Notes: generated from the letters alone by a model not told the origin. A stretch of DNA of 64,000 bases from Leucoraja ocellata (GCA_036785375.1 JAWMAR010000305.1:682001-746000); one strand, 5' to 3'. Numbered from the stretch's first letter, positions 1 through 11,284 are shown. Made by a program: numbers and translations.

Positions 1-765
1 TTAAAAACACAAAGCTGGCCCACTTATTAAATGTACAATTTAATCAATAATCTTTTAATGTGAATGATTCTTTGGTGGATTCTTTTTCAGTTCTCAAACT
101 TTGAATTTCAACGTAAAACTGAACACCTATCCACGATCTCCAGAGATGCTGCCTGATCTTCTGTTACTCCCGCACTTTAAAAAAAAAAGTCATTCAGATC
201 TTGTAAGACTATAAAATATTATTGCTATTGTTGGATAGCACATTGCTCTGCTCTAAATCAATTCAAAGATAAAATGTCTGTTGAAGCAGTAAGTTAATTG
301 TTTCAAAATTACTTGAAAACCATTTAATATTATCTTGAATGTCTCAGTGGAACAGATGTTTTAAAAGATTAAAAATATCTGGTTAAAGAATAAAATATAT
401 TTGCAAAGTGTGCAAAATTAATCCTAGAGTAATAAAATATCAAGTCTCAACACAAAGATGACATCAGATTTCCCTGACACTTAACGATATAATAAATTGG
501 AATGCATATTCTATGCTTTTTGTTTTAAATTAGCTGTAATAGTTCACCAGAGCACAGAATGGTACAAAAAGAGCACGAGCCAAATGTTACCAGTGTGTCC
601 ACTCATCCTCAAATGAATAAAAGATATGTCCATAGGCAAGTATAAACCCTAGGCTACGCTTAGCAATGGTAATGAGACATAAACAATGATACCTTGGCAA
701 AGGCTTAAAAATAGATACCATCCTTGAGAGGAATCGCAGCTTTCAAGAATATGTTCCAGACTCAC

Positions 766-841
766 CATCGATTCTGCTGATGAGTTCTTCAAGTGCTTTT
801 ACTTTCTTCTGAATCCCTGGTTGTGCAAAAGTATAATTGTC
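766..841 (-). CDS. TBC1D22B: TBC1D22B coding exon (about exon 10, 76 nt): DNYTFAQPGIQKKVKALEELISRID(E)
   Basis: The minus strand reads ttcttgaag|GAC AAT TAT...ATC GAT G|gtgag. The peptide matches recalled vertebrate TBC1D22 sequence, and its phase-0 start fits the preceding exon. Confidence 0.95.
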
Positions 842-1044
842 CTTCAAGAAACCAAAAAGTGATTTGCTTAAATAATGGAACATCTTTTATTATTAAGATC
901 GATTCTCAACATTTAGCTCATTGTTGATAGGAAAAATTAAGCAGAATATGATGCTGGATTAAAAAGTGTATGCAACTCTGTGAACCGCTGTTAATCCAAT
1001 GTGCCCCCCTCCTCTTCCTACATTTTTCTCATTGTCGATTTCAC

Positions 1045-1245
1045 TCAGTGGGTGGTGGGTATATGGAACAATCTGCCAGAGGTGATAGTTGAGGCAGGTA
1101 CTATAACATAAATTAAAAGACACTTGGATGGGTTCATGGATAGGAAAAGTTTAGACGGATGTGGGCCAACCACGGGTAAATGGGACTAGCTTAGATTGGG
1201 CATCTTATTCGGTAAGGGCAAATTAAACCGAAGAGCCTGTTTATG
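1045..1245 (+). mobile_element. CR1 LINE 3' fragment
   Basis: CR1 ORF2 end (FTQ-VV-WN-LP-VVEA-like) followed by the ccgaagagcctgttt tail motif. Confidence 0.7.
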
Positions 1246-1884
1246 ACCGATTCTTTTTCTTCATTCCCTGTACAGCGGTTAAGATATATCGTCTTAGGCA
1301 CTATCCAATGGCAAGACTTCAAATCAAAGTTTGTTTGTTTCCTCAAATAGACTGTTTAAAAGACATTAGTTTCTAAATGTGTCAATTATCCAAGTTCATC
1401 CAGTTCAGGCAAGTAACCAGAGGAAGGATAGGACAAATGGAATTGCACTTCAAGGAGCTGACATGAAGTCTATTGGCTGAATAGTTATTTCTGGTACTAA
1501 TATAAAATAAAAGGCAATGCTGATGTTAAAAAAACGTTGGGAATATTTTGGGGAAGAGCCTTAGTACTTGCCCATGTCTTAGTAATTGTTCCGACTTTGT
1601 TACCTTGCTGCACCCACCACAGGTAACCACAGCTGACAATTCGGGCTACCCTTTGTCTTTATATCTAACAAATGACAGTGAGCCTGCATGAGTATCCGTC
1701 CAATATTAGAGTTAAATCGTTTCATTGGACAATCTGCAGAATCGGTGCACATGCTAATCACATCAGTCTGTAATTTTGTTGTTTTGGTTTATTTGCAGCG
1801 ATGAAGACTAAAAGATAAAGCAACTTAATAGCTAAAAAATTTCCAACAACTTAAATTGATTGATTTTGCCAACCATATCACTTG

Positions 1885-2755
1885 GATTAGATTAGATTAG
1901 ATTAGATTAGATTAGATTTGTTTATTGTCATTCAGACCTTTCGGTCTGAACGAAATTCTGTTTCCCTGCAGTCATACATATAATTTAAAAAAAATGACAA
2001 AACACATAGTCAACACAAATTTAACATCCACCACAGTGAGTTCACCAAACACCTCCTCACTGTGGTGGAAGGCAAAATCTTAAAGTCTCTGGCTCTTCCC
2101 TCTTTGTTCTCCCTCTGAGCCGAGGCGACGGTTCAAACTCCGCGGGTGGTCGCTGCCTCGCCACAGCTCAGAGGCCGAGTCAGGTCTCCGCTGCTGCTGC
2201 CGCCGCCTCCGCCACAGCTTCGGGGCCGAGTCAGGTCTCCGCTGCTGCTGCCGCTGCTACAGCTTCGGTGCCGAGTCAGGTCTCCGCTGCTGCTGCCGCT
2301 GCCGCCGCCGCTGCTACAGCTTCGGTGCCGGGTCAGGTCTCCGCTGCTGCTGCCGCTGCTGCCGCCACAGCTCCAGGGCCGAGTCAGGCCCCCGCTGCCG
2401 CTGCCACCGCCACAGCTTCGGTGCCGAGTCAGGTCTCCGCCGCTGCTGCCGCTACAGCTTCGGTGCCGAGTCAGGCCCCCGCCGCCGCTACAGCTTCGGT
2501 GCCGGGTCAGGTCTCCGCCGCTGCTGCCGCCGGCACAGCTCCATTGCCGCCAGCTCCGCCATTAGGCCTCGGCGCAGACAGAGACGGGGGATACGACCAA
2601 AGAAAAAGTCGCATCCCCCGAAGGAAGAGGCCAAAGCATGTTTCTCCCACCCCACCCACACACATACACAACTTAATAAAACAAAATTAACTAAAACATG
2701 ACAAGGAACAAAACGAAAGAAAAAAAACAGACGGACTGCAGGTGGGCCGCAGCTG
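1885..2755 (-). mobile_element. GC-rich non-autonomous retroposon (copy A) with Rex1/Babar-type 3' stem-loop and (CTAAT)n tail
   Basis: The minus-strand end is TTTCG-TTCAGACC-GAAA-GGTCTGAA-TGACAATAAA followed by (CTAAT)n. Both ends are homologous to 55073-55905. Confidence 0.75.
2161..2535. repeat. GC-rich minisatellite, 8 units of CYACAGCTTCGGTGCCGAGTCAGGTCTCCG plus a variable (CTG/CCG)n tract
   Basis: The tandem units are directly visible, about 36-57 bp long, and differ by whole triplets. Confidence 0.95.
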
Positions 2756-2967
2756 TTAAAATCTACCTTAGTTTTTAACTTCAATTAAACCAGCTTTTAA
2801 ACAGAGTTCCAGATTTCCACCAGACTTTTTGTGGTATTGTTTTCAGATATCACTTGTTTGTCCTCATTTGAAGTTCAGGATTAACTATGCCAAAATAAGT
2901 TGTTTTATGTATCCGATCAAAAGAGTATGATTTTTTAACTGAAGATAGACACAAAATGCTCGAGTAA

Positions 2968-3463
2968 AGGGCCTGCCCTACTTGGACACGAGTTTAGAAG
3001 ACCCTAGACGAGTTGAAAAAAATGTCAAGATCACCGAAGTAAAAGACCTCCTACGACCATGTCTACAACCTCCTACGACTATGTCTACGACCTCCCACGA
3101 CATGTCTACAACCTCCTACGACCCCTCTCGACCTCAGTCTTCCACACCTAAGACTAACTACAACTAGCTACGAGTGGAAAATGACCACATGATAAAATGT
3201 CAAGTTTGCATTTTTTTTTTCTCGGGCCAGTTACCGACCTACGACTATCTACGACTACCATCACAATCTACTACGACCTACCTACGAGTAAAAAGTATCA
3301 ATTTTTTCCATGCCAACCTTTTTTTTACTCGTGGACATTTTTTATCAGGCTGGAAAAAACGCCTGCGACCTCCTATGACCTTGTGGTGACCATGCTGCGA
3401 GTATGAGTCAAGGACAAACTCGGCAGAGGTCGCCAATTAGGTCATGAAAGTGGGACAGGGGCT
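2968..3463. mobile_element. PIF/Harbinger-type MITE (496 bp) with TAA target-site duplication, inserted into a Penelope pLTR fragment
   Basis: TIRs are AGGGCCTGCCCTACTT and AAGTGGGACAGGGGCT, with TAA at 2965-2967 and 3464-3466. The host repeat gag-taa-ctcag is restored on removal. Internal CTACGAC repeats are present. Confidence 0.85.
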
Positions 3464-4318
3464 TAACTCAGTGGCACAGGCAGCATCTCTAGAGAGAAGG
3501 AATGGGTGGCATAACCCATTTCTTCTCTCTGGAAATGCTGTCTTTTCCGCTGAGTTACTCCAGCATTTTGTGTCTATCTTCGGTTTAAACCAGCATCTGC
3601 TTTTCTTTCCTACACATGATTTTTCAACTTGTTGATTTATTAGAGTAAATAATAATTCAGGAAAGGGAGCACAAATAGGCATTACTTAAGTGATTTCGAT
3701 TAGGCCAACAAAAATTAAAGTGCATGTTTATTTATTGACAGGAATTATTTAAGAGAATACAAAGAAAAAGTGCAAATGATGGCTCATGTGTGCTTTCACT
3801 GACAGAATTATTAGTCTCAGCTTTATGGGAGACACAGTTTTACCTCATTTTTTAAATGCAAGATAACAAGTCAAGTTAGGTGCAGCAATAAACAGTGTAA
3901 AGGGGTTCAGAAGGTTACAAAACGCTTAAGGCGAGTGGGAAATAGTGTGGCATGCAGAGTTCAATAAAGGAATTGATAGAAAGTACTCTAGTTATCTAAA
4001 TGGTTAAAACCTAGGAATAGTGGAGAAGTAGACAGATGGAGCTCATGTAAAGCACCAACTGAACACATGTTGACATGGAATTAAAATTATAAATGGAAGA
4101 TTACCTTTCATCCCCAGGGAAGAAGACGACATAAGGATGGACGTTACATTTAGGTAGCTTGAACTTTAATTAGACTTTATTTAGAGCACTGTGGGCAGTT
4201 AAATGCAAAGGAAGTTATGTTGTTCAGAGAGTACATAGACAAAATTGATTTTGGAACAAGAATGATTAAAATTACTCCCTTCAAACAAATGCAAGATGAA
4301 TAGATTCAATGGGCAAAA

Positions 4319-5676
4319 GAGAAATTTGTAATAGAAAAGATCCCATGTGGTTAAATTTCATAGCGTCAGATTTTAATAAAGGCCATTTTTATACATTTTC
4401 GTTTCACCGTGTAGAAATTTCAGCAGTGTGTTTATACATAGTCCCCCCATTTCAGGGCACGATAATGTTTGGGACACAGCAATGTCATGTAAATGAAAGT
4501 AGTCATGTTTAGTATTTTTGTTGCATATCCTTTGCATGCAATGACTTCTTGAAATCTCCGATTCATAGACATCACTAGTTGCTGGGTGTCTTCTCTGGTG
4601 ATGCTCTGACAGGCCTGTATTGCAGCCATCTTTAGCTTATGCTTGTTTTGGGGGTTTGTCCTCTTCAGTTTTCACTTCAGAATATAAAAGTCATGCTCAA
4701 TTGGGTTCAGGTCAGGTGATTGACTTGGCCACTCAAGAATTGACCATTTTTTAGCTTTGAAATACTCCTTTGTTGCTTTAGCTATGTTTGGGATTATTGT
4801 TTAGAATGAACCACCGGCCAATGCGATTTTAGGTATTTGTTTGAACTTGAGCAGATAGGAAGCGTCTATACACTTCAGAATTCATTATGCTGCAACCACC
4901 AAAATGAAGATAACTGAGCCTGTACCTTCAGCAGCCATACATGCTCAGGTCATAACATCCCCACCACCGTGTTTCACAGATGAGGTGGTATCCTTTGGAT
5001 TTTGCGCAAGTCCTTCTCTCCTCCATACTTTGCTCTTGCCATCACTCTGATATAAGTTAATATTCGTCTCATCTGTCCACAAGACCTTTTTCAGGAACTG
5101 TGGTTGCTCTTTTAAGTACTTCATGGCAAACTGTAACCCAGCCATCTTATTTTTGCGGCTAACCAGTGGTTTGCATCTTGCAGTGTAGCCTCTGTATTTC
5201 TGTTTATGAAGTCTTCTGCAGACAGTGGTTATTGACAAATTAACACCTGAAGAGTGCTTCTGATCTGTCGGACAGGTGTTTGGGGATATTTCTTTATTAT
5301 AGAGAGAATTTTTCTGTCATCAGCTGTGGAGGTCTTCCTTGGCCTGCCAGTCCCGTTGCAATTAATAAGTTCTCTTTCTTCTTAAGTAGTGCTCTCTTTC
5401 TTCTTAATGATGTTCCAAACAGTTCATTTTGGTAAGCCTGTTTGGCTGATATCTCAAATAGTTCTATTCTTGTTTCAGTCTCATATTGGCTTCCTTGACT
5501 TCCATTGGCACAACTTTGGTCCTCATGTTGATAAGCAGCAATAAAAGTTTCCAACGGTGATGGAAAGACTGGAGGATAGATTCTGTGCTGAGAGCTCCTT
5601 TATACCTGCATTAAGGAGGTAATTAAACACACCTAAGCAATTTCAAAGACCTGTGAAGCCATGTGTCCAAAACATT

Positions 5677-5710
<34 letters not shown>

Positions 5711-5898
5711 ACTATGTATAAACACTGCTGTAATTTCTACATGTTGAAACCAAAATGTATAAAAATTGCCGTTAATAAATTCTGACAATGTGCACTTTAG
5801 CCACATTTGATTTTTTCTATTACAAATCTCAAATTGTGGAGTACAGAGGCAAATAAATAAATGATGGGTCTTTGTTCCAAACATCATGGAGGGCACTG
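4319..5898 (-). mobile_element. Tc1/mariner transposon (IR/DR type), copy 1, defective
   Basis: ORF 4945..5238 has VLWTDET...SVKHGGG. The intact end reads GGGCACTG|TA (TA at 5899-5900), and the other TIR is truncated. It is homologous to 30516-32124. Confidence 0.93.
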
Positions 5899-5918
5899 TA
5901 TCAGATAATTAACCTTAC

Positions 5919-6025
5919 CTGTATTCCATCCAATAGCTTGCTCATACACCAGAAACTATCGGCTTCAATGTTCCGCTGGACTGTTTCAGACAAGTTTGTA
6001 ACATCAAAGTTTTCCACATCCTCTT
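5919..6025 (-). CDS. TBC1D22B: TBC1D22B coding exon (about exon 9, 107 nt): (E)EDVENFDVTNLSETVQRNIEADSFWCMSKLLDGIQ
   Basis: Boundaries are ttgcag|AA GAG...ATA CAG|gtaagg, inside ORF 5901..6125. It contains the EAD-x-FWC TBC motif, and its phase-1 start completes the G left by the exon at 32785. Confidence 0.96.
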
Positions 6026-6229
6026 CTGCAACGATAAAAATGAAAAGAACTTCACCATTGAACCCACATTTCAATAAATTAATAACCAGATTAGTACAAC
6101 TAAAACCTTCAGAATTTTCTAACACTCTTTAAACTGTTCATTTGCAATACAGTAAGGAAACAAAAAACGTTACACAAGTTGTGCATCATTTAAAAGTTGA
6201 TTAGCTGCTAGTATCATTATTATCATCAA

Positions 6230-6740
6230 GAGTAGACACTGGACTAGCTGGAATAACTCAGCAGGACAGTTAGCATCTCTGGGTGACATTTCGGGTCGAG
6301 ACTTTTCTTCAGACTGAGCGCAGGGCAGAGGGATACAGAGATAAGGAAGGATAAGGTGTGAAAAAGACATCAAAGGGGAATGGGTTCAAGGAAAATGTAG
6401 AATAGATCATTGTGAGCTCGGGGAAGGTGTCAACGAGGCATACGGGGCTAACATTTAATTAGGGGGACAGTCAGCCTGGTCAGAGAACGAGGATGGGAGA
6501 AAGAGGAAAAACAAGGATTACTTGAAGTTAGAGAAGTCAATATTTATACCACTGAGAGTTAAGCTGCCTAAGTGCAATGTGAGGTGCTGTTCCTCCAATT
6601 TGTGCTGGGCCTCACTCTGACAGTGGTGGATGCCCAGGACAGAATGGTCAGTATGGGAATGGGGAGGGGGGAAGTTAAAGTGTTTAGTAGCCGGGAGATC
6701 AAGTAGGTTTGGGCGAACTGAGTGGAAGTGTTCGATTGAG
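6230..6740 (-). mobile_element. Penelope-like element 3' portion: GIY-YIG endonuclease C-terminus plus pLTR with a degenerate hammerhead motif
   Basis: ORF 6518..6754 (EHFHSV...KHFN...KLEEQHL..LGSL..GINIDFSNFK). The minus strand has CTGAAGA...CCCGAAATGTC at 6285-6312. Confidence 0.85.
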
Positions 6741-7084
6741 AATAAATCCATCACAAAATGTACTAATGCTCTTACAAACGGTCATCACCTCAAACGCAAC
6801 TCTGCAATGAAAAAGTAAAAAAAATCTGCAGATGCTATAAACCTGAAATAAAAACGGGAAGTGCTACTAATACTACAAGAACATGAGAATCATCTGACAA
6901 AGGCTGTCAATTAAAATAGTACTTCTGTTTATTCCCTCCACACATGCTTTCTGACCTGGTGACTATTTCTGGCACTTTTCTTTTATTTCAGATTTTCAGT
7001 TTCTGCAGTATTTTCCTTTTGTAGGCAAAAATAACATTGCTACATCTGTACCTATATCAAAAAAATGTGGAGTTACAGACAGGA

Positions 7085-8230
7085 AAGAAGGCCGTCAAAG
7101 GATGCAACAGTATAGATCAGTTACAGATATGGGTGGAGAAATGAAAGATATGGCTTAATCTGGATAAGTGTGAGGTGCAGTACTTAGGGAGGTCAATTTG
7201 CTTTATGGAAAAACTTGTTAGAGCAGAATTATCTGTGTGATAATCAGGATGTCGTGTTGCATCTTTGCTAAACTTTGGTCAGGCCAAGTTTGGAGTTTTA
7301 TGTGCAGTTTGGGTCACCCTAATACAAGAAGGAATGAGGAAGCCTCAGAGAGTGTGCAGAAGAGATTTAGCAAGATGTAGCCTCAAATAGTGGGTCATAA
7401 GGTCATAAGTGATATAAGCAGAATTAGGTCATTCGGCCCATCGTCCACGCCGCCATTCAATCATGGCTGGTCTATCTCTCCCCCCTAACCCCAATCTCCA
7501 TGCCTTCTCCCCATAACCCTTAACACCCGTACTAATCAAGAAACTACCTATCTCTACCTTAAAAATATCCATTGACCTGGACTCTACAGCCTTCTGTGGC
7601 AAAGAATTCCACAGATTCACAACCTTCTGACTAAAGAAATTCCTCCTCATCTCCTTCCCAAAGGAACACTATTTAATTCTCTAGTCCTAGACTCTCCCAT
7701 TAGTGGAAACATCGTCTCCACACTCACTCTATCCAAGCCTCTCACTATTCGGTACGTCTCAATGAGTTCCCCCCCTCATTCTTCTAAACTCCATCGAGTA
7801 CAGGCTCAGTGCGGTCATATGCTCATTATATGTTAACCCACTCAATCCTGGGTATCAGCCATAAAATTACACTGACTTGGGTTGTTTAGTCTGAAGTGCC
7901 AGAGGTTGAATGGAGACCTGTGGGAAGTTTATGAAATTATGAGAGCAATTTTCCCAGTGAGGAAATGTCAAATGCAAGAAGGTGCAGCTTTAGGTGAGGG
8001 GGAGGAAGTTTAAGGGTAATGAGCAGGGCAAGATTTTTTTTTAAACAGAGAGACTGGTGGGTGCCTGCAATGTGCTTCCAGTGGTGGGGATGGAAGTGAC
8101 GTTTAAGAGACTTTTAGATTGGCATGTGAATTTGGATGGTTCATGTACAGCAGAAGAGATTAGTTTAATCTAGTCTCACGTCTGGCACAGGCATTGTTGG
8201 CTGAAGGGCCTGTTCCTGTGCTGTACTGTT
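7085..8230. mobile_element. Old plus-strand CR1 fragment interrupted by a younger minus-strand CR1 3' end (about 7395-7850)
   Basis: ORF 7429..7650 (FFSQKVVNLWNSLP). The flanks resemble CR1 RT sequence and end in gaagggcctgttcctgtgctgtac. Confidence 0.8.
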
Positions 8231-9069
8231 CGATGTTACATGCCCCTATTCAAAGTAACTTTCTTCCCAATCAAATTGCAAATTAAATCAAGGCAAGCTG
8301 CATGCGAATACCTTATAGTTCAGTTCTGTTGTGAAAATAAATGCATAAGCATTGTAATTGAACAATGACATTTCTTTCCTTGGTTAGAAACATATTTGAA
8401 AAACATTGCAATTTGACTTGAATCAGCTGTTCTTGTGTAGCTTATTCTGGCATCTCATTTAAAAACAGCTACGACAAAGCATACTTTCATTACACAGAGG
8501 GATGCACAAATCTAGCAGGCAAGGATTTTTTCAGTTATTATAAACACTTTCCCCTAAATATTTACTGAATGCCACTCATTACCTCGTACAATAAAGTGGT
8601 AATAAATCACCTAATAGCCTCTGTGGAAAAGTAGTCATTTAACTTAACCTAAAATATTCATTTTTTTCTTATTTTAATTGACACTTTATTATATTAATAA
8701 AATAAATCCTGCACTTTGTCTATCTTGAACTTGAACCCTTTTGGTTGGCTTTCCTCTGTTTATGTCATCACACCCTAACACAAAATTGAATTTCTGAAAC
8801 GTTTGCAAGAGTAATCAATTCCCTTTTGTGCCAGAGATAAGTATATGATGTTTGCACAAACAGAGGTATATACAAACAAGATGCATGGTGATGATTGATA
8901 ACGGGATGCTGGAGTCCCCATTGTTTTGGCAAGCCTAGCATAACTCATTTTAATGAGACACTGCTATATAAAACAAATACGGGTTGAAAGCACGCTCACT
9001 AACTGAAGTGCATATGAAATATTCAGTCAATATTTCAACCAGCAATGAATGCAACAGTGAGATTGCAGA

Positions 9070-9345
9070 TTTAGACTTTAGAGATACAGTGCAGAAACTG
9101 GCCCTTCGGCCCACAGAGTCCAGCGATCTCCCCATACACCAGCACTATCTGACACACTAGGGACAATTTATAACTTTTACCAAAGCCAATTAACCTACAA
9201 ACTCGTACGTCTTTGGAGTGTGGGAGGAAATGGGAGCACCTGGAGAAAACCCACACAGTCGCAGAGAGAACATACAAACTCCATACATGTAGCACCCAGT
9301 CTCTGGCATTGTAATGCAGCAACACTACTGCTACGCCACTGTGCC
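9070..9345 (-). mobile_element. tRNA-derived V-SINE (HE1-like)
   Basis: Minus-strand A-box-like GTGGCGTAGCAG, V-domain, and CR1-type tail GGGCCGAAGGGCC. Confidence 0.85.
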
Positions 9346-9414
9346 TTGTTCAAAACCATCATGTCAGTAATAATATCATATCTCCCAGAAGCACCAAACG
9401 GTCCAAAAAAGTAG

Positions 9415-9690
9415 CCCTATTACACCAGACTTGGGTTTGATCCTGATCTTGGGTGCTTTCTGTGGGGAATTTGCATGTTCTCTGCGTGAATGCCTGGGTT
9501 TCCTCCAGGTGCTCCAGTTATTCCCCACATCCCAAAGATGTCTGGGTTTGTAGATTAATTGGTCTATGTAAATCGCCCCAAATCTATAGGCTGCGAAAGT
9601 GGGTAACGTAGAACCGGTGTGAAGTGACCGATGGTCGGCATGGACTCAGTAGGCCAAAGGGCCTGTTTCAAAGTTGTACATTTAAACTAA
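9415..9690 (+). mobile_element. tRNA-derived V-SINE (HE1-like)
   Basis: B-box-like GGTTTGATCC, V-domain (ttgcatgttctc...gggtttcctccaggtgctcc), and CR1-type tail. Confidence 0.8.
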
Positions 9691-9794
9691 AGAGGAATTC
9701 CTCTACGAGGCAGCTTCAGTTCCTAGTGCTGTCATTTATCCTTTTCCTCCCGACAACTCCACTGAGCTACCATTGAGGAAGAAACAGATTTACT

Positions 9795-9990
9795 ACACAA
9801 AATACAAATTGCTGGAGGAACTCAGCAGGCCAGACATTTGTGGAGGAAACAAGATGTACAATGTTTCATTTCTGGTCCCTTCTTCCCAAAATGACATCTG
9901 TCCATTCCCTCCACAGATGTGGTATGACCTGCTGAGCTCCTCCAGCAATGTGTGTGTTTTGCTCAAGATTCCAACATCTGCAGTTCCTTG
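9795..9990. mobile_element. Palindromic Penelope pLTR derivative
   Basis: Arms gctggaggaactcagcagg and cctgctgagctcctccagc are inverted. It belongs to the same family as the other pLTR pieces. Confidence 0.7.
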
Positions 9991-10316
9991 CAAGTCTTCA
10001 GGTTTATTGAACCTATCTGCATGCAAGATCCTGCCACACTATAACCACCCTACCCTATCCCCCACCCAGGATTCCAGTAACGGTTCCATTACAATATCCC
10101 CAGTCTAAATGCTGGACAACTATTCAGCCCTCAACCTGAACTGCGTGCATTTGAAGTAATGTCAAAGGTCATGGTGAAAAGGCAGGAGAATGGGGTTGGA
10201 AAGGAAAAGTAGATCATCTATGATTGAATGACAGAGTGGACTCGATGGACAGAATAGCCTAATCCTGCTCCATTGTCTTATGGTCATATAATTCAGCACC
10301 CTTTATCTCACTAGAT

Positions 10317-10550
10317 CAAGGGTTCCCAACCTGGGGTAAATTTACCCCCAGGGGGCAAATTTCGCCTACCCAGAGGGTAAATTTGTTGATTCTGGATTTG
10401 TACATATTTTTTCTCATTGACTGACTGTGTTTGATTCTGGTATACTGGTATCTGTTCATCATTAGATGTTCATAAATAAGTGAACTAACATTGTTATGTG
10501 CTATTATAGTTGCCAGGGGTAAATGGGACGAAAAAGGTTGGGGACCTCTG
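10317..10550. mobile_element. hAT (Charlie-like) MITE, 234 bp, with a perfect 8-bp TSD CACTAGAT
   Basis: TIRs are CAAGGGTTCCCAACCT and AGGTTGGGGACCTCTG. CACTAGAT lies at 10309-10316 and 10551-10558, and subterminal GGGGTAAAT repeats are present. Confidence 0.92.
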
Positions 10551-10574
10551 CACTAGATCTTATCACACAATTAG

Positions 10575-10830
10575 AGTCATACAGCATGGAAACATCCCAA
10601 CTTGCCCATGTTGACCACCATGCCCCATCTACACTAGTCCCACCTATTGCGTATGACCAATATCCCTCTAAATCTATCCTATCCATGTACCTGCCTAAAT
10701 GTTTCTTAAACTTTGCGATAGTACCTACCTCAACAACATCGTCCGGCCACCCGTACCATACACTCACCAACTCTTGGTAAAAAAAGTTTAACCTCAGGTA
10801 CCTTCTAAATCTTTTCCTTCCCACACGTTA
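10575..10830 (-). mobile_element. CR1 LINE 3' fragment
   Basis: ORF 10504..10824 (LNFFYQELVSVWYGWPDDVVEVGTIAKFKKHLGRYM). Confidence 0.8.
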
Positions 10831-11284
10831 AAATTGTTGGCATGCAACTCATTTGCTCACAGGAAAAATTAGGCTCTTTTCCACACTCACTCTTCCTGTC
10901 AATCCCATAAGATTTCAGCCATTTCACTGCGATATTCACAAACACCTAACTGCTGGTGAACAAGCCGTACCACTTCCCCAGACTTCCACACCAATGAAGA
11001 TCAATGATCAAGTCTTTCTTCCCAAGGCCCTGCTCAAGAGTGATTTTACCTTGTTTTCCCCAATGAACAATTGTTGCCAAATAGTCCCGGTTGTGCAAGA
11101 TTTATGAACTAGTATTTGGAATGTAAATAATGTTGGCATAATTAACTAACTTCCACGAGATAGCAGTAGGCTTTCTTGAAATACTACAGTCCTTGTAAGT
11201 AAAAAAAAAATCAAACTGTTGGAGCAATTCAGGCAGCATCTGTGAATGGAAAAGGACAGAGGTTTTGTGTCAGGACTCTTTTTG

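Noticed and set aside
1931-1956. Hairpin followed by CGAAA on the plus strand, resembling hammerhead stem II
   Set aside because: There is no CUGANGA box upstream. It is better explained as the reverse complement of a Rex1-type 3' stem-loop.
2161-2535. Repeat-spacer pattern resembling a CRISPR array
   Set aside because: The spacers are just CTG/CCG triplets, the context is eukaryotic, and there are no cas genes.
2146-2690. ORFs of 139-140 aa rich in Pro/Arg/Leu or Ala
   Set aside because: They are translations of a GC-rich minisatellite inside a retroposon, start at GTG, and show no splice or homology support.
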